Shown here: positions 16,797 through 25,712 of the stretch, piece after piece
How positions within the stretch are numbered: position 1 is the first letter of the stretch
Layout: the number at the start of each line of letters is the position of its first letter
DNA from: Nitrospirota bacterium
GTDB taxonomy: Bacteria; Nitrospirota; UBA9217
Length of the DNA: 32,556 bases
NCBI GenBank assembly: GCA_029858565.1
Contig: JAOUEV010000042.1
Coordinates: forward strand, 1-32,556
Direction: 5' to 3'
The notes under the pieces: generated by a model
Seen by the model: only the letters and a program-made list of their open reading frames with translations
Databases searched by the model: none
What the model was told of the DNA's origin: nothing
Translations under genes and position numbers: made by a program

Positions 16797-17909
16797 CTAA
16801 TGTTTCAATAATTTAACTTCTATAGGCTTATGGACATCGCCATTCTTATCAAATTCAATTAAACCTGAAGCCCCATCATGTTTTTTGATATTCATTAAGC
16901 TTTTTCCGATACTTTCACCGTCGAGACCGCCGCCCATTTCAACAGCCTTTTTAAAAAGCATAACGGCATCATACCCCACATCTGCTAATGCAGGAGGCGC
17001 TTTCTTATATTTCAAGAGGAACTTATCCTTAAAATTCTTCGTTGATAACGTATCCGAAATAAATGGTACTGGATAGTATAATTCATAGTTATTCTTCTTT
17101 ATAACATCTGTCACGGTACCATCCAGCATCACTGTCGTCCCAAGCCAAATCCCTTTATATCTCATTTCCTTTGCCTGCTGAATAATTTTCACGCAATCCT
17201 TTGAATAACCAACGAGATAAATTGCCTCAGGCTTGTTAGAAAGTAATTTTGCTAATTGCGTGCGGTACTCAGGCGAACCCTGCTCAAAAGATTCAACATT
17301 TGCGGGTTTGAGGCCTCTCTCACTTAACTGAGATCGGAACACTTCTGATAGTCCAAGACCATAATCGTTATTTGCATATAAAACTCCGATATTTTTCAAC
17401 TTCAACTTATCGACGGCATATCTTGCTAATTCTTCGCCTTCTAAGGAGTCTGAATTCCATATTCTAAAAATATACTCACCTGCCTGAGAAATCTTAGGTG
17501 CTGTGGAGCCTGTAGACAATAAAACCACTTTGTTTTTCTCAGCTATTGGAGCCAGCGCCAGAGTCACCGAACTGATGCTATCATCTACCACATATGAAAC
17601 ATGATTAACATTGATGAGTTTATTAAGCGCTGAAACCGCATTTCGGGGATCGGCTTGTGTGTCTTCATAAACTATTCTGATCTTCTTGCCATCTAATCCT
17701 GACTGATTGATCTCACTTACAGCCAGTTCCATGCCTTCACGTGTGTTTATTCCTGCTATTGCAGCGTCGCCCGTCAATGGTAATACTGCCCCTATCTTTA
17801 TTTCTTTTTCATCCTTCTTCACACACCCCAAAGAAAAGACGACCAAAGCAGCCATGAGAATCAGGATTAGCTTGCGTAGTGATGTAAACATATTCTTGGA
17901 TATTTTCAT
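16797..17909 (-). CDS. ABC transporter substrate-binding lipoprotein (LivK/LivJ, PBP1 type)
   Basis: Lipobox SLG-C; IKIGAVLPLTG..A..G....G.ELA..EIN, YED, NNDYG.G, GYDA, GASG.I.FD.NGD. Confidence 0.92.
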   Translation of the reverse strand: MKISKNMFTSLRKLILILMAALVVFSLGCVKKDEKEIKIGAVLPLTGDAAIAGINTREGMELAVSEINQSGLDGKKIRIVYEDTQADPRNAVSALNKLINVNHVSYVVDDSISSVTLALAPIAEKNKVVLLSTGSTAPKISQAGEYIFRIWNSDSLEGEELARYAVDKLKLKNIGVLYANNDYGLGLSEVFRSQLSERGLKPANVESFEQGSPEYRTQLAKLLSNKPEAIYLVGYSKDCVKIIQQAKEMRYKGIWLGTTVMLDGTVTDVIKKNNYELYYPVPFISDTLSTKNFKDKFLLKYKKAPPALADVGYDAVMLFKKAVEMGGGLDGESIGKSLMNIKKHDGASGLIEFDKNGDVHKPIEVKLLKH

Positions 17910-17982
17910 GGCCCATTCCTCCTACAATCTATTTGTCAAGCAAGTTGCAGCGCCTGCTTTTTCTCGTCAGTCATCTTGTCGC

Positions 17983-18417
17983 TTACGAATTCTCTTTTTT
18001 CAACGCTCGGAGTATTCTTCGTATACAACCTTCTTTGTTGCTCTTCAATTGATGCTGCCAAATGCGTATGACTTTCCAATCTCGTGCTCGAAGTTTTCTG
18101 ATATTTTGACGATCACGTCTTCTATTTTCTGTCAGTTTCTTTCGCCAGAACGCAGTTAATTTGTGTTCCCACGCTGGCAACCTCCATCCATGCCAAAAAT
18201 CACCATCCACGAACACCGCGAGCTGCTGCTTCATAAACACGATGTCCGGGCTGCCTGGCAGAGATCGAACATGCCGCTGAAATTTGTAGCCGCGTGACCG
18301 AAGCTCTTTTTGAACGATTATTTCAATAGAACCATCTTTGAGTTTTACGCTCTTCATCGCACGCGAGCGTTGCTCCGGCGTTAAGTGGTCTCGATCGCGA
18401 TATTTCCATTCCTTCAT
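17983..18417 (-). CDS. vsr: Very short patch repair endonuclease
   Basis: D.LTPEQRS..M..VK, LPGSPDIV, FVDGDFWHG, FW..K...N..RD, W.VIRIW. Confidence 0.95.
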   Translation of the reverse strand: MKEWKYRDRDHLTPEQRSRAMKSVKLKDGSIEIIVQKELRSRGYKFQRHVRSLPGSPDIVFMKQQLAVFVDGDFWHGWRLPAWEHKLTAFWRKKLTENRRRDRQNIRKLRARDWKVIRIWQHQLKSNKEGCIRRILRALKKENS

Positions 18418-20375
18418 ATTTGATTGACGAGTTGTTGTATGCGTGAAATTTTCTGATTTTTATCGAGATAATCCGCGTAACTTTCCCGCGTCTGCCTGAT
18501 CAACTGCTCATAAGTGATATATCTGGCTCCCAAGACTTCCAACATTCTGCGGTTGTTATCATCGTAATCAGTCGGCTCGGGACGGTCTCCTAATATGCAA
18601 ATAGTCTCGATGCTGTGTCGCTTTACATCCGGATAAGCTTTGGCGAGACACTTTTCCAGGGCGGTCATGTACTTTCGAACTTGCGCTGTCAACTCTTCGA
18701 TCTGCACTTTTCTGTCGTATTTCTTAAGTTCTAAGATGATGTGTTTTCCAGCGGCGGTCCTATAACGAATGTCGATTCGACCACGCTTCTCTTCCTTCGT
18801 CAAGCCTGCATCCAACTTCTTCCAATCTTTTGTAACAGCCTCTTCCATTCGTTTGTCGGTCGACGCGCGCTCCCACGAGGGATCTAATAGCCACAAATGA
18901 GCGAAGATATAATCACGTATTACGGTCTCACGTTCTTTTGGTGCGATTTTCTCGAATTTCTGTAAAACGGCGACGCGCGTTTTCGTGATATGCCAGTAAT
19001 GCGCAGCTTCCAATTCGTCGATATCTTTGAAAATCTCTATTAAGCGTTGCAAATCCTCGTGACTCTCGAATTTGTCGAGTACGTCGAGATTGTCTTTTGC
19101 AGCCAGCGTCTCGAAGGCTAGAATGCCGTGCTGATAGAGCGTTTTTCGGAATTCCTGATCTTGAACTGGGAAAGACGCGATTTTTCCGAGTAGCTTCTTC
19201 GCAAATTTCTTATGACGTGGATTGAGGGTCTTGAACCACTCGTCGATCGCGGGGTTCTTGAGCGCCTCAGCGCCCTTATCCTCGTTCCGCCAATCCGTCC
19301 ATACATTCCCAATATGGTTGAGAATCATGTCCTTCACGAACGTCTTCAGTTGCCGGTACCGAGAGTCGCTTTCCTTGACGCTTTGACGGTCGCTCGTCGC
19401 GATATCCGCAAGATCATCACGATCCAAAAAATCCGCTCGTAATTCGCCGATCAGATACTTGCTGAATACCCGGCCCTCCTTGAGATCAGGCAGGATGTTT
19501 TCATGTATGACTTTACCGCGAGCGAGGATCACGATGCCGTTGTTTACTTCTTCGAGATTCTTGTGCTCGGCCATCGTCCCGACCCACCCAGATACCTCGT
19601 ACGCGTGCGTCCCGTCGACAGTTCCCGATAACGTTTCGTGCCTTAGCGTTTTTCCTTGCTTGAGGTACGTTTCGTTTTTTTCGCCAACGAACCAAATATA
19701 TTCGAGCTTACCGAAATAATCGCGGTCCTCGACGGTGATAGATTTATCGTTGATGCGAACGTTAAAACCAGTGCTTTTCCCTATGACGCTGAAACGCCGC
19801 GCAAGCCGTCTGCGTAGAAAAGACTCCGTAACATTCGCGTCGATCTTCAGGTCACGAAGCGTTAGGAGCGTACCCTTCTTGATTTTGATCCGATTTTCCG
19901 GCAGTGGATCGGGTTTGTATTCAGGCTGCCTGCCAGGCTGTTGTTTTCTGATCTCCGATTCAATGTCCGTGGCGCTCATGACGAAACCATTGCGCTCGAC
20001 GATTTTCCCGTGCTTGTCGAGCTTCACGCTATGAACTTCGATGGTATTTGCGATGGAGAAGAGGGCGAGTTTGCCGATTCCTTTTCGCCCCATCGGGAGA
20101 CGGCCTTTCGGTATCTGGGCATTTTTGTCTTCACGCTTCCGGTACCCGACTTTCAAAAAACGGTCGTTGATTTCCGCTTCAGTCATGCCCCAGCCGTCGT
20201 CCGAGACGGTTATAGTCGCGCTCGCAGTGTCGATGTTTATATCGACCACTTTGGCGTCGGCGTCCCATGCATTGGCAACAACTTCGGATAACACCGCTGG
20301 AATGTTGCTGTAAAGTCCGATGCCGAGATGTTCGAGCGTGGCGAGGTCTATGGTTAGCCTATATTCTTTTTTCAT
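18414..20375 (-). CDS. GHKL/MORC-type ATPase fused to a C-terminal PD-(D/E)xK nuclease (HgiDII/BbrUII-like restriction enzyme)
   Basis: LEHLG..LYS, EVVANAWDADA, DDGWGM, GRKGIGKL (GHKL motifs); HLWLLDPSWE; RIDIRY...IILELKK nuclease motif; ATG at 20375 overlaps the end of the MTase. Confidence 0.88.
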   Translation of the reverse strand: MKKEYRLTIDLATLEHLGIGLYSNIPAVLSEVVANAWDADAKVVDINIDTASATITVSDDGWGMTEAEINDRFLKVGYRKREDKNAQIPKGRLPMGRKGIGKLALFSIANTIEVHSVKLDKHGKIVERNGFVMSATDIESEIRKQQPGRQPEYKPDPLPENRIKIKKGTLLTLRDLKIDANVTESFLRRRLARRFSVIGKSTGFNVRINDKSITVEDRDYFGKLEYIWFVGEKNETYLKQGKTLRHETLSGTVDGTHAYEVSGWVGTMAEHKNLEEVNNGIVILARGKVIHENILPDLKEGRVFSKYLIGELRADFLDRDDLADIATSDRQSVKESDSRYRQLKTFVKDMILNHIGNVWTDWRNEDKGAEALKNPAIDEWFKTLNPRHKKFAKKLLGKIASFPVQDQEFRKTLYQHGILAFETLAAKDNLDVLDKFESHEDLQRLIEIFKDIDELEAAHYWHITKTRVAVLQKFEKIAPKERETVIRDYIFAHLWLLDPSWERASTDKRMEEAVTKDWKKLDAGLTKEEKRGRIDIRYRTAAGKHIILELKKYDRKVQIEELTAQVRKYMTALEKCLAKAYPDVKRHSIETICILGDRPEPTDYDDNNRRMLEVLGARYITYEQLIRQTRESYADYLDKNQKISRIQQLVNQI

Positions 20376-21447
20376 CGCTACACTCGGCCTCCACATGTCG
20401 CTTGATGGATTTGCCTACCACTGCACCTAGCCGGACGGGGACCGCATTGCCGATCATTCTACCAATCGTTTTAAAACTGATGTCTTCACCGCGCCGGACG
20501 AATTCGTAGCTTCGCGGGAACGACTGGAGTATCGCGCCCTCGCGCAGTGATATCGCTCGGTTTTGTTCAGGATGCCCAAATCTACCGTTGCCGAAACCGA
20601 AGAACTGTGTCGTGATCGTCGGGGCAGGCTCGTCCCATTTCATCCGGCCATAGACGCTTGGATAGGTTCTACCCTTCTTCTTGCGATGACATTTCGCGAC
20701 AAGCTCTTTGGGCCAATCTCGCCATGTGCCGCCTGGCTGCGAGTTACGAATTCGGCTTAGGTTCGTATCCGACAATGCGCTGCTGCGATGGAGTGGATCG
20801 GCCTGGCATGTTTCGCCGGCCTGGAGTCTAGGTAGATGATCAATCACGTCTTTGACGACGGCATATTTCTCTGGGTTGTGTGTGGGTGGGATGATCTGAA
20901 TGGGGCCGAGCAACGACGCGAACAAGACGAGCCGTGTCCGATGCTGAGGGATGCCATAGTCCGGGCAGAAAACTTCGTGCGTTGATACGTAATACCCGAG
21001 ATCTCGCAGCATCGCGAGAAATTCATCGTATATGGAATGCCGCTGTAACTGCGGTACATTCTCCATACTCACGACATGAGGCTTCAATTCACCGACCAGT
21101 CTTCCAAAATGTGCAAGGAGACCCCATTTCTCATCAGCTACAGTTTTAAGACCCTGAGTGTACTTAGAAAAAGGCTGACACGGTGCGCAACCGACGAGAA
21201 CGCACACAGCATCTGCCGGATAAAATGCCTTGAGTTGTTTCCCGCTGATATCAGTGACGCTTTTTTTCTTAAAGATTGCCGGTCGGTTGTTTTTTTCATA
21301 AGGATAGCGGCATGCCTCGTCTATGTCGAAACCTGCGACGACTCGAATGCCGGAGTCGAGCAGGCCACGTGTCAGTCCACCTGCGCCGCAAAATAAATCT
21401 GCGGCGACAATATTTCGATTGTCCAACTTAGGCTGTTGCATCTTCAT
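20359..21447 (-). CDS. dcm: DNA (cytosine-5)-methyltransferase
   Basis: DLFCGAGG (I), CAPCQPFS (IV), ENV (VI), PQHRTR (VIII), REGAILQSFP (IX), IGNAVP (X). Confidence 0.96.
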   Translation of the reverse strand: MKMQQPKLDNRNIVAADLFCGAGGLTRGLLDSGIRVVAGFDIDEACRYPYEKNNRPAIFKKKSVTDISGKQLKAFYPADAVCVLVGCAPCQPFSKYTQGLKTVADEKWGLLAHFGRLVGELKPHVVSMENVPQLQRHSIYDEFLAMLRDLGYYVSTHEVFCPDYGIPQHRTRLVLFASLLGPIQIIPPTHNPEKYAVVKDVIDHLPRLQAGETCQADPLHRSSALSDTNLSRIRNSQPGGTWRDWPKELVAKCHRKKKGRTYPSVYGRMKWDEPAPTITTQFFGFGNGRFGHPEQNRAISLREGAILQSFPRSYEFVRRGEDISFKTIGRMIGNAVPVRLGAVVGKSIKRHVEAECSDEKRI

Positions 21448-21547
21448 AGCAGGATAGGTGAGTTTAATTTAGCGAAAAATGCAATCCTTCGGTAGCCATG
21501 GTTCATAAAGAGAATGAGACGCGGAGCGTTACATGCTTCTCGCATGC

Positions 21548-22663
21548 TCATGCCCGCGTCTTCTGGTACATTTCATCCGATATACTCTTGGCGATATCGA
21601 GCATGCCGTACATCATGCCGCACGTATCCGTGTCGCCTGCGAACCCCGTTGTGACTGTTGCTTTTGCAGCTTGGAGAGCACATTTTACCTGAATCAACGC
21701 TTCCTGAAAACGCCTCGCGTCACCCAAACTGATCTCGTGCGCCCGTTGCAGGCTTATGCCTGATCTGAGGGCATAGAGTGCCTGCTTGTTGCCGATAACT
21801 CGCTTGAGATAGCCCAAATGGGGATTTTGCTTCTCGACGACAGGCGATTTGGCTTCCGACTTGCTGCCGAATAGCCATACCATGAGTTCCTGAAGTTGCG
21901 GCAGGTGACTCTTGGGAACAGGGTCATCTTGTAATGACCGTTCAGGGTCGATATTCAGGAACTTCTGGAATTCCTTCTCAGCGGCCGCGGTATAAAGATG
22001 TGAAAAATGAAAACGGTTGGCGATCCGATCGTCCCGATCAAAATCTGTCTTCTTCTCCGCCTGCTCAAGCAAGACGAAACCACGATAGATTCGCGTGACC
22101 GTGCTGTGTTGGTCGCCGATCTTACGGGCTATCTCATCGAGTGGGATGTCCCATTCCCTGCGAACTTTGGCAATATAGGCTGCCTTGCTGAACGAATCCC
22201 ATTCTTTCGGGCCATTTACGTGGCGGAAGCCGAAGTACTCCCATAGTGACTTTTTGTCCGGATAGACCGAAACCGGCAATTGTTCCAGGTCCTTGCGCCG
22301 TTGAGCGCTGATTTTAGGAAGGTCTGTCGCTTTTACAGCACGACGCAGGTCCGCGTCTATCAGTAATTTAACTACTGCAAGGCGACGATTTCCTTCGACA
22401 ACGATATATTTCTGTTTCTTTTCGTCCTTCTCAAGTGGATGCTTTGGAACGACAAAGAGCGGTTCCTCTTCAAAATATCCGTTCGCCTCGATAGATAAAG
22501 CAACCTCGCTGACGGCCATTTCATCCCAGAGAACTTGAACAAGAGCATCTTGTGATTGTTTGTCACCGATTGCGCTGAGGCGCGGATTATCCTCATCGAA
22601 CAAAAGTCGATCTACGTCGATGGATTTTATTACTAGTTGCTTATGTTCGTATTTTAATGCCAT
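21548..22663 (-). CDS. ParB/Srx-like N-terminal domain protein
   Basis: LLFDEDNPRL, SI..NGY...EP..V, VVEGNRRL, RHVNGPKEW, central HTH-like LDEIARKIG; GGAG RBS. Confidence 0.8.
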   Translation of the reverse strand: MALKYEHKQLVIKSIDVDRLLFDEDNPRLSAIGDKQSQDALVQVLWDEMAVSEVALSIEANGYFEEEPLFVVPKHPLEKDEKKQKYIVVEGNRRLAVVKLLIDADLRRAVKATDLPKISAQRRKDLEQLPVSVYPDKKSLWEYFGFRHVNGPKEWDSFSKAAYIAKVRREWDIPLDEIARKIGDQHSTVTRIYRGFVLLEQAEKKTDFDRDDRIANRFHFSHLYTAAAEKEFQKFLNIDPERSLQDDPVPKSHLPQLQELMVWLFGSKSEAKSPVVEKQNPHLGYLKRVIGNKQALYALRSGISLQRAHEISLGDARRFQEALIQVKCALQAAKATVTTGFAGDTDTCGMMYGMLDIAKSISDEMYQKTRA

Positions 22664-22888
22664 TGTTTTGTCTCCAGGTCATTATATGCGAACGCGGCCC
22701 AATTTAAGACGTAGTGAACACGTTGATACTTGACGTCTCGAATCTTCATGCCGTTTTATTGCTTTCATCTGATTTTTCCCTTGAATCAGTCCTGATTTTA
22801 GACTATTTTGCGATGTACCGCAAGCGGGAATTTCCATAACAGAAGAGTTAGCAATGCATTCCAATGCTTTTAAAATGGTACGCTCAAA

Positions 22889-23213
22889 GTGACCCTGCAG
22901 CACAAGACAACGAGCCGGGGCCTCATCGCCCTGACCGTGATGCTCCCGACCCTGATTGAGATCATCGACATGTCGATCGTGAACGTGTTGCTCTACCACA
23001 TCCGTGGTTCGCTTTCCACGGGCACTGACGAGGCGACCTGGACCATAACGGCCTACATTGTCTCGGTAATGGACCGGCGTACGAGTTCACGATACCATGG
23101 CCTTCACCGACGCGTTCTTCGTGATCTGCATCCTCATCCTCTGCATGCTGCCGCTCGTGGTGCTGATGCAGCGCGCCAAAGGACCGGACGGACCGCTCCC
23201 GGATGTACACTGA
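22889..23213 (+). pseudogene. Internally deleted EmrB/QacA (DHA2) efflux transporter remnant
   Basis: N-terminus LPTLIEIIDMSIVNV...TWTITAYIVS, a short DRRT piece, then in another frame the C-terminus MAFTDAFFVICILILCMLPLVVLMQR...VH*. Confidence 0.85.
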
Positions 23214-23328
23214 AATCCGAACAAGGATGAGCGATGCACAGGAAGGACCAGGGAATAATCATAAAAGACGTTCAGGTATGCCTGAGTTCACCAGGATATC
23301 CGATATCTTCAGGCTCTGAACAAATAGG

Positions 23329-25557
23329 CTAATTCCTCTGCTTTCCAAAGGCCGCTGCCAGGGAATCGAGATCGGTCTTCGGCTTTTCCCTGTCCCGCGA
23401 TGGTCTTTCCCGCTTCTGTCCAGGGTTCTTCTTCATGGACAGCGCGATGCGCTTCCGTTGCACATCAACTTCTAGCACCGTGACCGTCACCTGCTGCTGG
23501 ACCTTCACCACTTCCGCGGGATCTTTCACGAACCGATCAGCGATCTCGCTCACATGCACAAGCCCATCCTGATGCACACCGATATCCACGAACGCCCCGA
23601 ATGCGGCGACATTCGTCACAATGCCGGGAAGCGTCATCCCCGGCCGCACATCCTCGATCTTCTCCACTCCTTCGGTGAACCGGAACTCCGCAAAGGTCTC
23701 GCGCGGGTCCCTTCCGGGCTTGGCAAGCTCCTTCATGATGTCCTTGAGCGTCGGTAATCCCACTGAATCGCTCACATACCGATTGAGATCAATCCTGCTC
23801 CTGAGCTTCTCGTCCTTCATCAGATCATGGACCGTGCATCCCAGATCGCGAGCCATAGCGTCCACCAAATCATACCGCTCGGGATGAACCGCGCTGCTAT
23901 CAAGCGGATTTTCAGCGCCCTGGATACGCAGGAATCCGGCTGCCTGCTCATAGGTCTTGGGGCCCAGTTTGGGAACGGCCAACAGGCCCTCACGGGAACG
24001 AAACGGTCCCTTTTCGTTCCGAAAAGAAACGATGTTCCCCGCGAGCTGCGGTCCAAGACCGGACACGTAGGTGAGCAATTGCTTGCTCGCGGTGTTCACT
24101 TCAACGCCAACGGCATTCACGCAGGACATGACCACGTCGTCGAGGCTCCGCTTGAGCGCTCCCTGGTCCACATCGTGCTGATACTGGCCGACACCTATCG
24201 ACTTGGGATCGATCTTCACCAGCTCGGCAAGCGGGTCCATGAGCCTTCTGCCGATGGAAACCGATCCTCGCACCGTGACATCGTGATCAGGAAATTCCTC
24301 GCGCGCCGCATCCGACGCCGAATAGACCGAAGCGCCGCTTTCGTTCACCATCACTATTGTGATAGTTTTCGGCAATTCCAGGCTTCGCACGAATGCTTCG
24401 GTCTCTCTGCCTGCAGTGCCGTTGCCGACAGCAATCGCTTCAATGCTGAAGCGTTCGCAGAGCTCCAACACGGTCTCCCCCGCCGCGGATGACCCTTTTC
24501 CGGTGAAATGGGGAAAGATCGTGTCATTGTGCAGAAGCTTGCCCTGTTGGTTCACACAGACAACCTTGCAGCCCGTACGGAAGCCGGGATCGATCGCCAG
24601 CACGTTCTTGCCGCCCAAAGGCGGCGCAAGCAGCAATTCCCGAAGGTTTCCGGCGAAAACCCGGATGGCTTCCTCGTCGGCGCGCTGTTTTGCCACAAGC
24701 CGCGCTTCGGTCTCTAGCGACACTGACAGCAACCGCTTATAACAGTCCTTCAGCGCCATTCGGACCTGTTCAGAAGCCGAACTTTTCCCCGTAACGAACA
24801 ATCTATCGAGACGATCCAGAGCTTCTTCCTCGGGGGGCGTTATGCGGAAAAATAGAAATCCTTCGCTTTCCCCCCTCCGGATCGCAAGTATCCTGTGGGA
24901 CGGAGCTTTAGTTGCCGGCTCTTCCCATTCGAAATAATCACGGTATTTCTGGCCTTCTTCCTCCTTGCCGACAACGACTTTAGAGCGCAGCATCCCCTTT
25001 TCCGCGAATAGAGCGCGCACTGTAGCGCGCGCCTGCTCATTTTCATTCACCATCTCCGCGATGATGTCCCGTGCGCCTGCGAGGGCATCGTCCGCTGTGG
25101 CAACCTCTTTTTCAGTGTTCACGAAGGCAGCGGCCTCCGCCTGAAGATCAAGAGCGCTGTCCTGCTCGAATATCTTCAGAGCCAGCGGTTCCAACCCCCG
25201 CTCCCGGGCGATCATGGCGCGGGTCCTTCGCTTGGGACGGAAAGGAAGGTAGAGGTCCTCGAGCACGTTCATATTTTCCGCTGCCAGGACCTTTTCCTTC
25301 AGTTCATCGGTCAGTTTGCCGGTCTCTTCAAGCGACTTCAGGATCGCCTCGCGCCGTTTGTCCAGCTCCCGGAGCTGCAGGATCCTGTCGCGAATGGCGG
25401 TAATGGCCACCTCATCAAGCGATCCTGTCGCCTCCTTGCGATAGCGGGCAATGAATGGCACGGTGGCGCCATCATCCAGCAGCGTGACTACAGAAATGAC
25501 CTGTTGGGAAGTGATCGACAGCTCTTTGGACAGGATCGAGATATGTTCGTTGGTCAT
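23329..25557 (-). CDS. tex: Tex family RNA-binding transcriptional accessory protein
   Basis: GATVPFIARYRKEATG.LDE, AIDPGFRTGCK, VNESGASVYSAS, DPKSIGVGQYQHD, C-terminal S1 domain FGAFVDIGVHQDGLVH; ATG at 25557 with AAGGA RBS. Confidence 0.97.
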   Translation of the reverse strand: MTNEHISILSKELSITSQQVISVVTLLDDGATVPFIARYRKEATGSLDEVAITAIRDRILQLRELDKRREAILKSLEETGKLTDELKEKVLAAENMNVLEDLYLPFRPKRRTRAMIARERGLEPLALKIFEQDSALDLQAEAAAFVNTEKEVATADDALAGARDIIAEMVNENEQARATVRALFAEKGMLRSKVVVGKEEEGQKYRDYFEWEEPATKAPSHRILAIRRGESEGFLFFRITPPEEEALDRLDRLFVTGKSSASEQVRMALKDCYKRLLSVSLETEARLVAKQRADEEAIRVFAGNLRELLLAPPLGGKNVLAIDPGFRTGCKVVCVNQQGKLLHNDTIFPHFTGKGSSAAGETVLELCERFSIEAIAVGNGTAGRETEAFVRSLELPKTITIVMVNESGASVYSASDAAREEFPDHDVTVRGSVSIGRRLMDPLAELVKIDPKSIGVGQYQHDVDQGALKRSLDDVVMSCVNAVGVEVNTASKQLLTYVSGLGPQLAGNIVSFRNEKGPFRSREGLLAVPKLGPKTYEQAAGFLRIQGAENPLDSSAVHPERYDLVDAMARDLGCTVHDLMKDEKLRSRIDLNRYVSDSVGLPTLKDIMKELAKPGRDPRETFAEFRFTEGVEKIEDVRPGMTLPGIVTNVAAFGAFVDIGVHQDGLVHVSEIADRFVKDPAEVVKVQQQVTVTVLEVDVQRKRIALSMKKNPGQKRERPSRDREKPKTDLDSLAAAFGKQRN

Positions 25558-25645
25558 GGTTGTCCTTTCCGGAAGGGTAAGCAAGCGCGGCATAGTACCA
25601 TATCACCGGACACTACATCAATTTCTTGTTCTCTTGCGGCACAAT

Positions 25646-25673
25646 AAAAAAACGGCGGCCATAATGGCCGCCG
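25646..25673 (-). terminator. Intrinsic terminator of the cytochrome operon
   Basis: Minus strand: CGGCGGCCA-TTA-TGGCCGCCG followed by T7. Confidence 0.85.
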
Positions 25674-25712
25674 CTGCGCATATTACGTTATATTTTTTGG
25701 CTTAACAGGTAA

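Noticed and set aside
20359-21447. Assigning GTCGAC specificity to the methyltransferase
   Set aside because: Family resemblance alone does not fix the target; it needs a TRD alignment or methylome data.
11283-22889. Flanking direct repeats or an integrase for the central inserted block
   Set aside because: No convincing repeat pair or recombinase gene found by eye; the boundaries are inferred only from gene orientation and composition.
22682-22999. 105-aa minus-strand ORF upstream of the ParB-like gene
   Set aside because: Its first part is antisense to the emrB remnant; no motif or good RBS.
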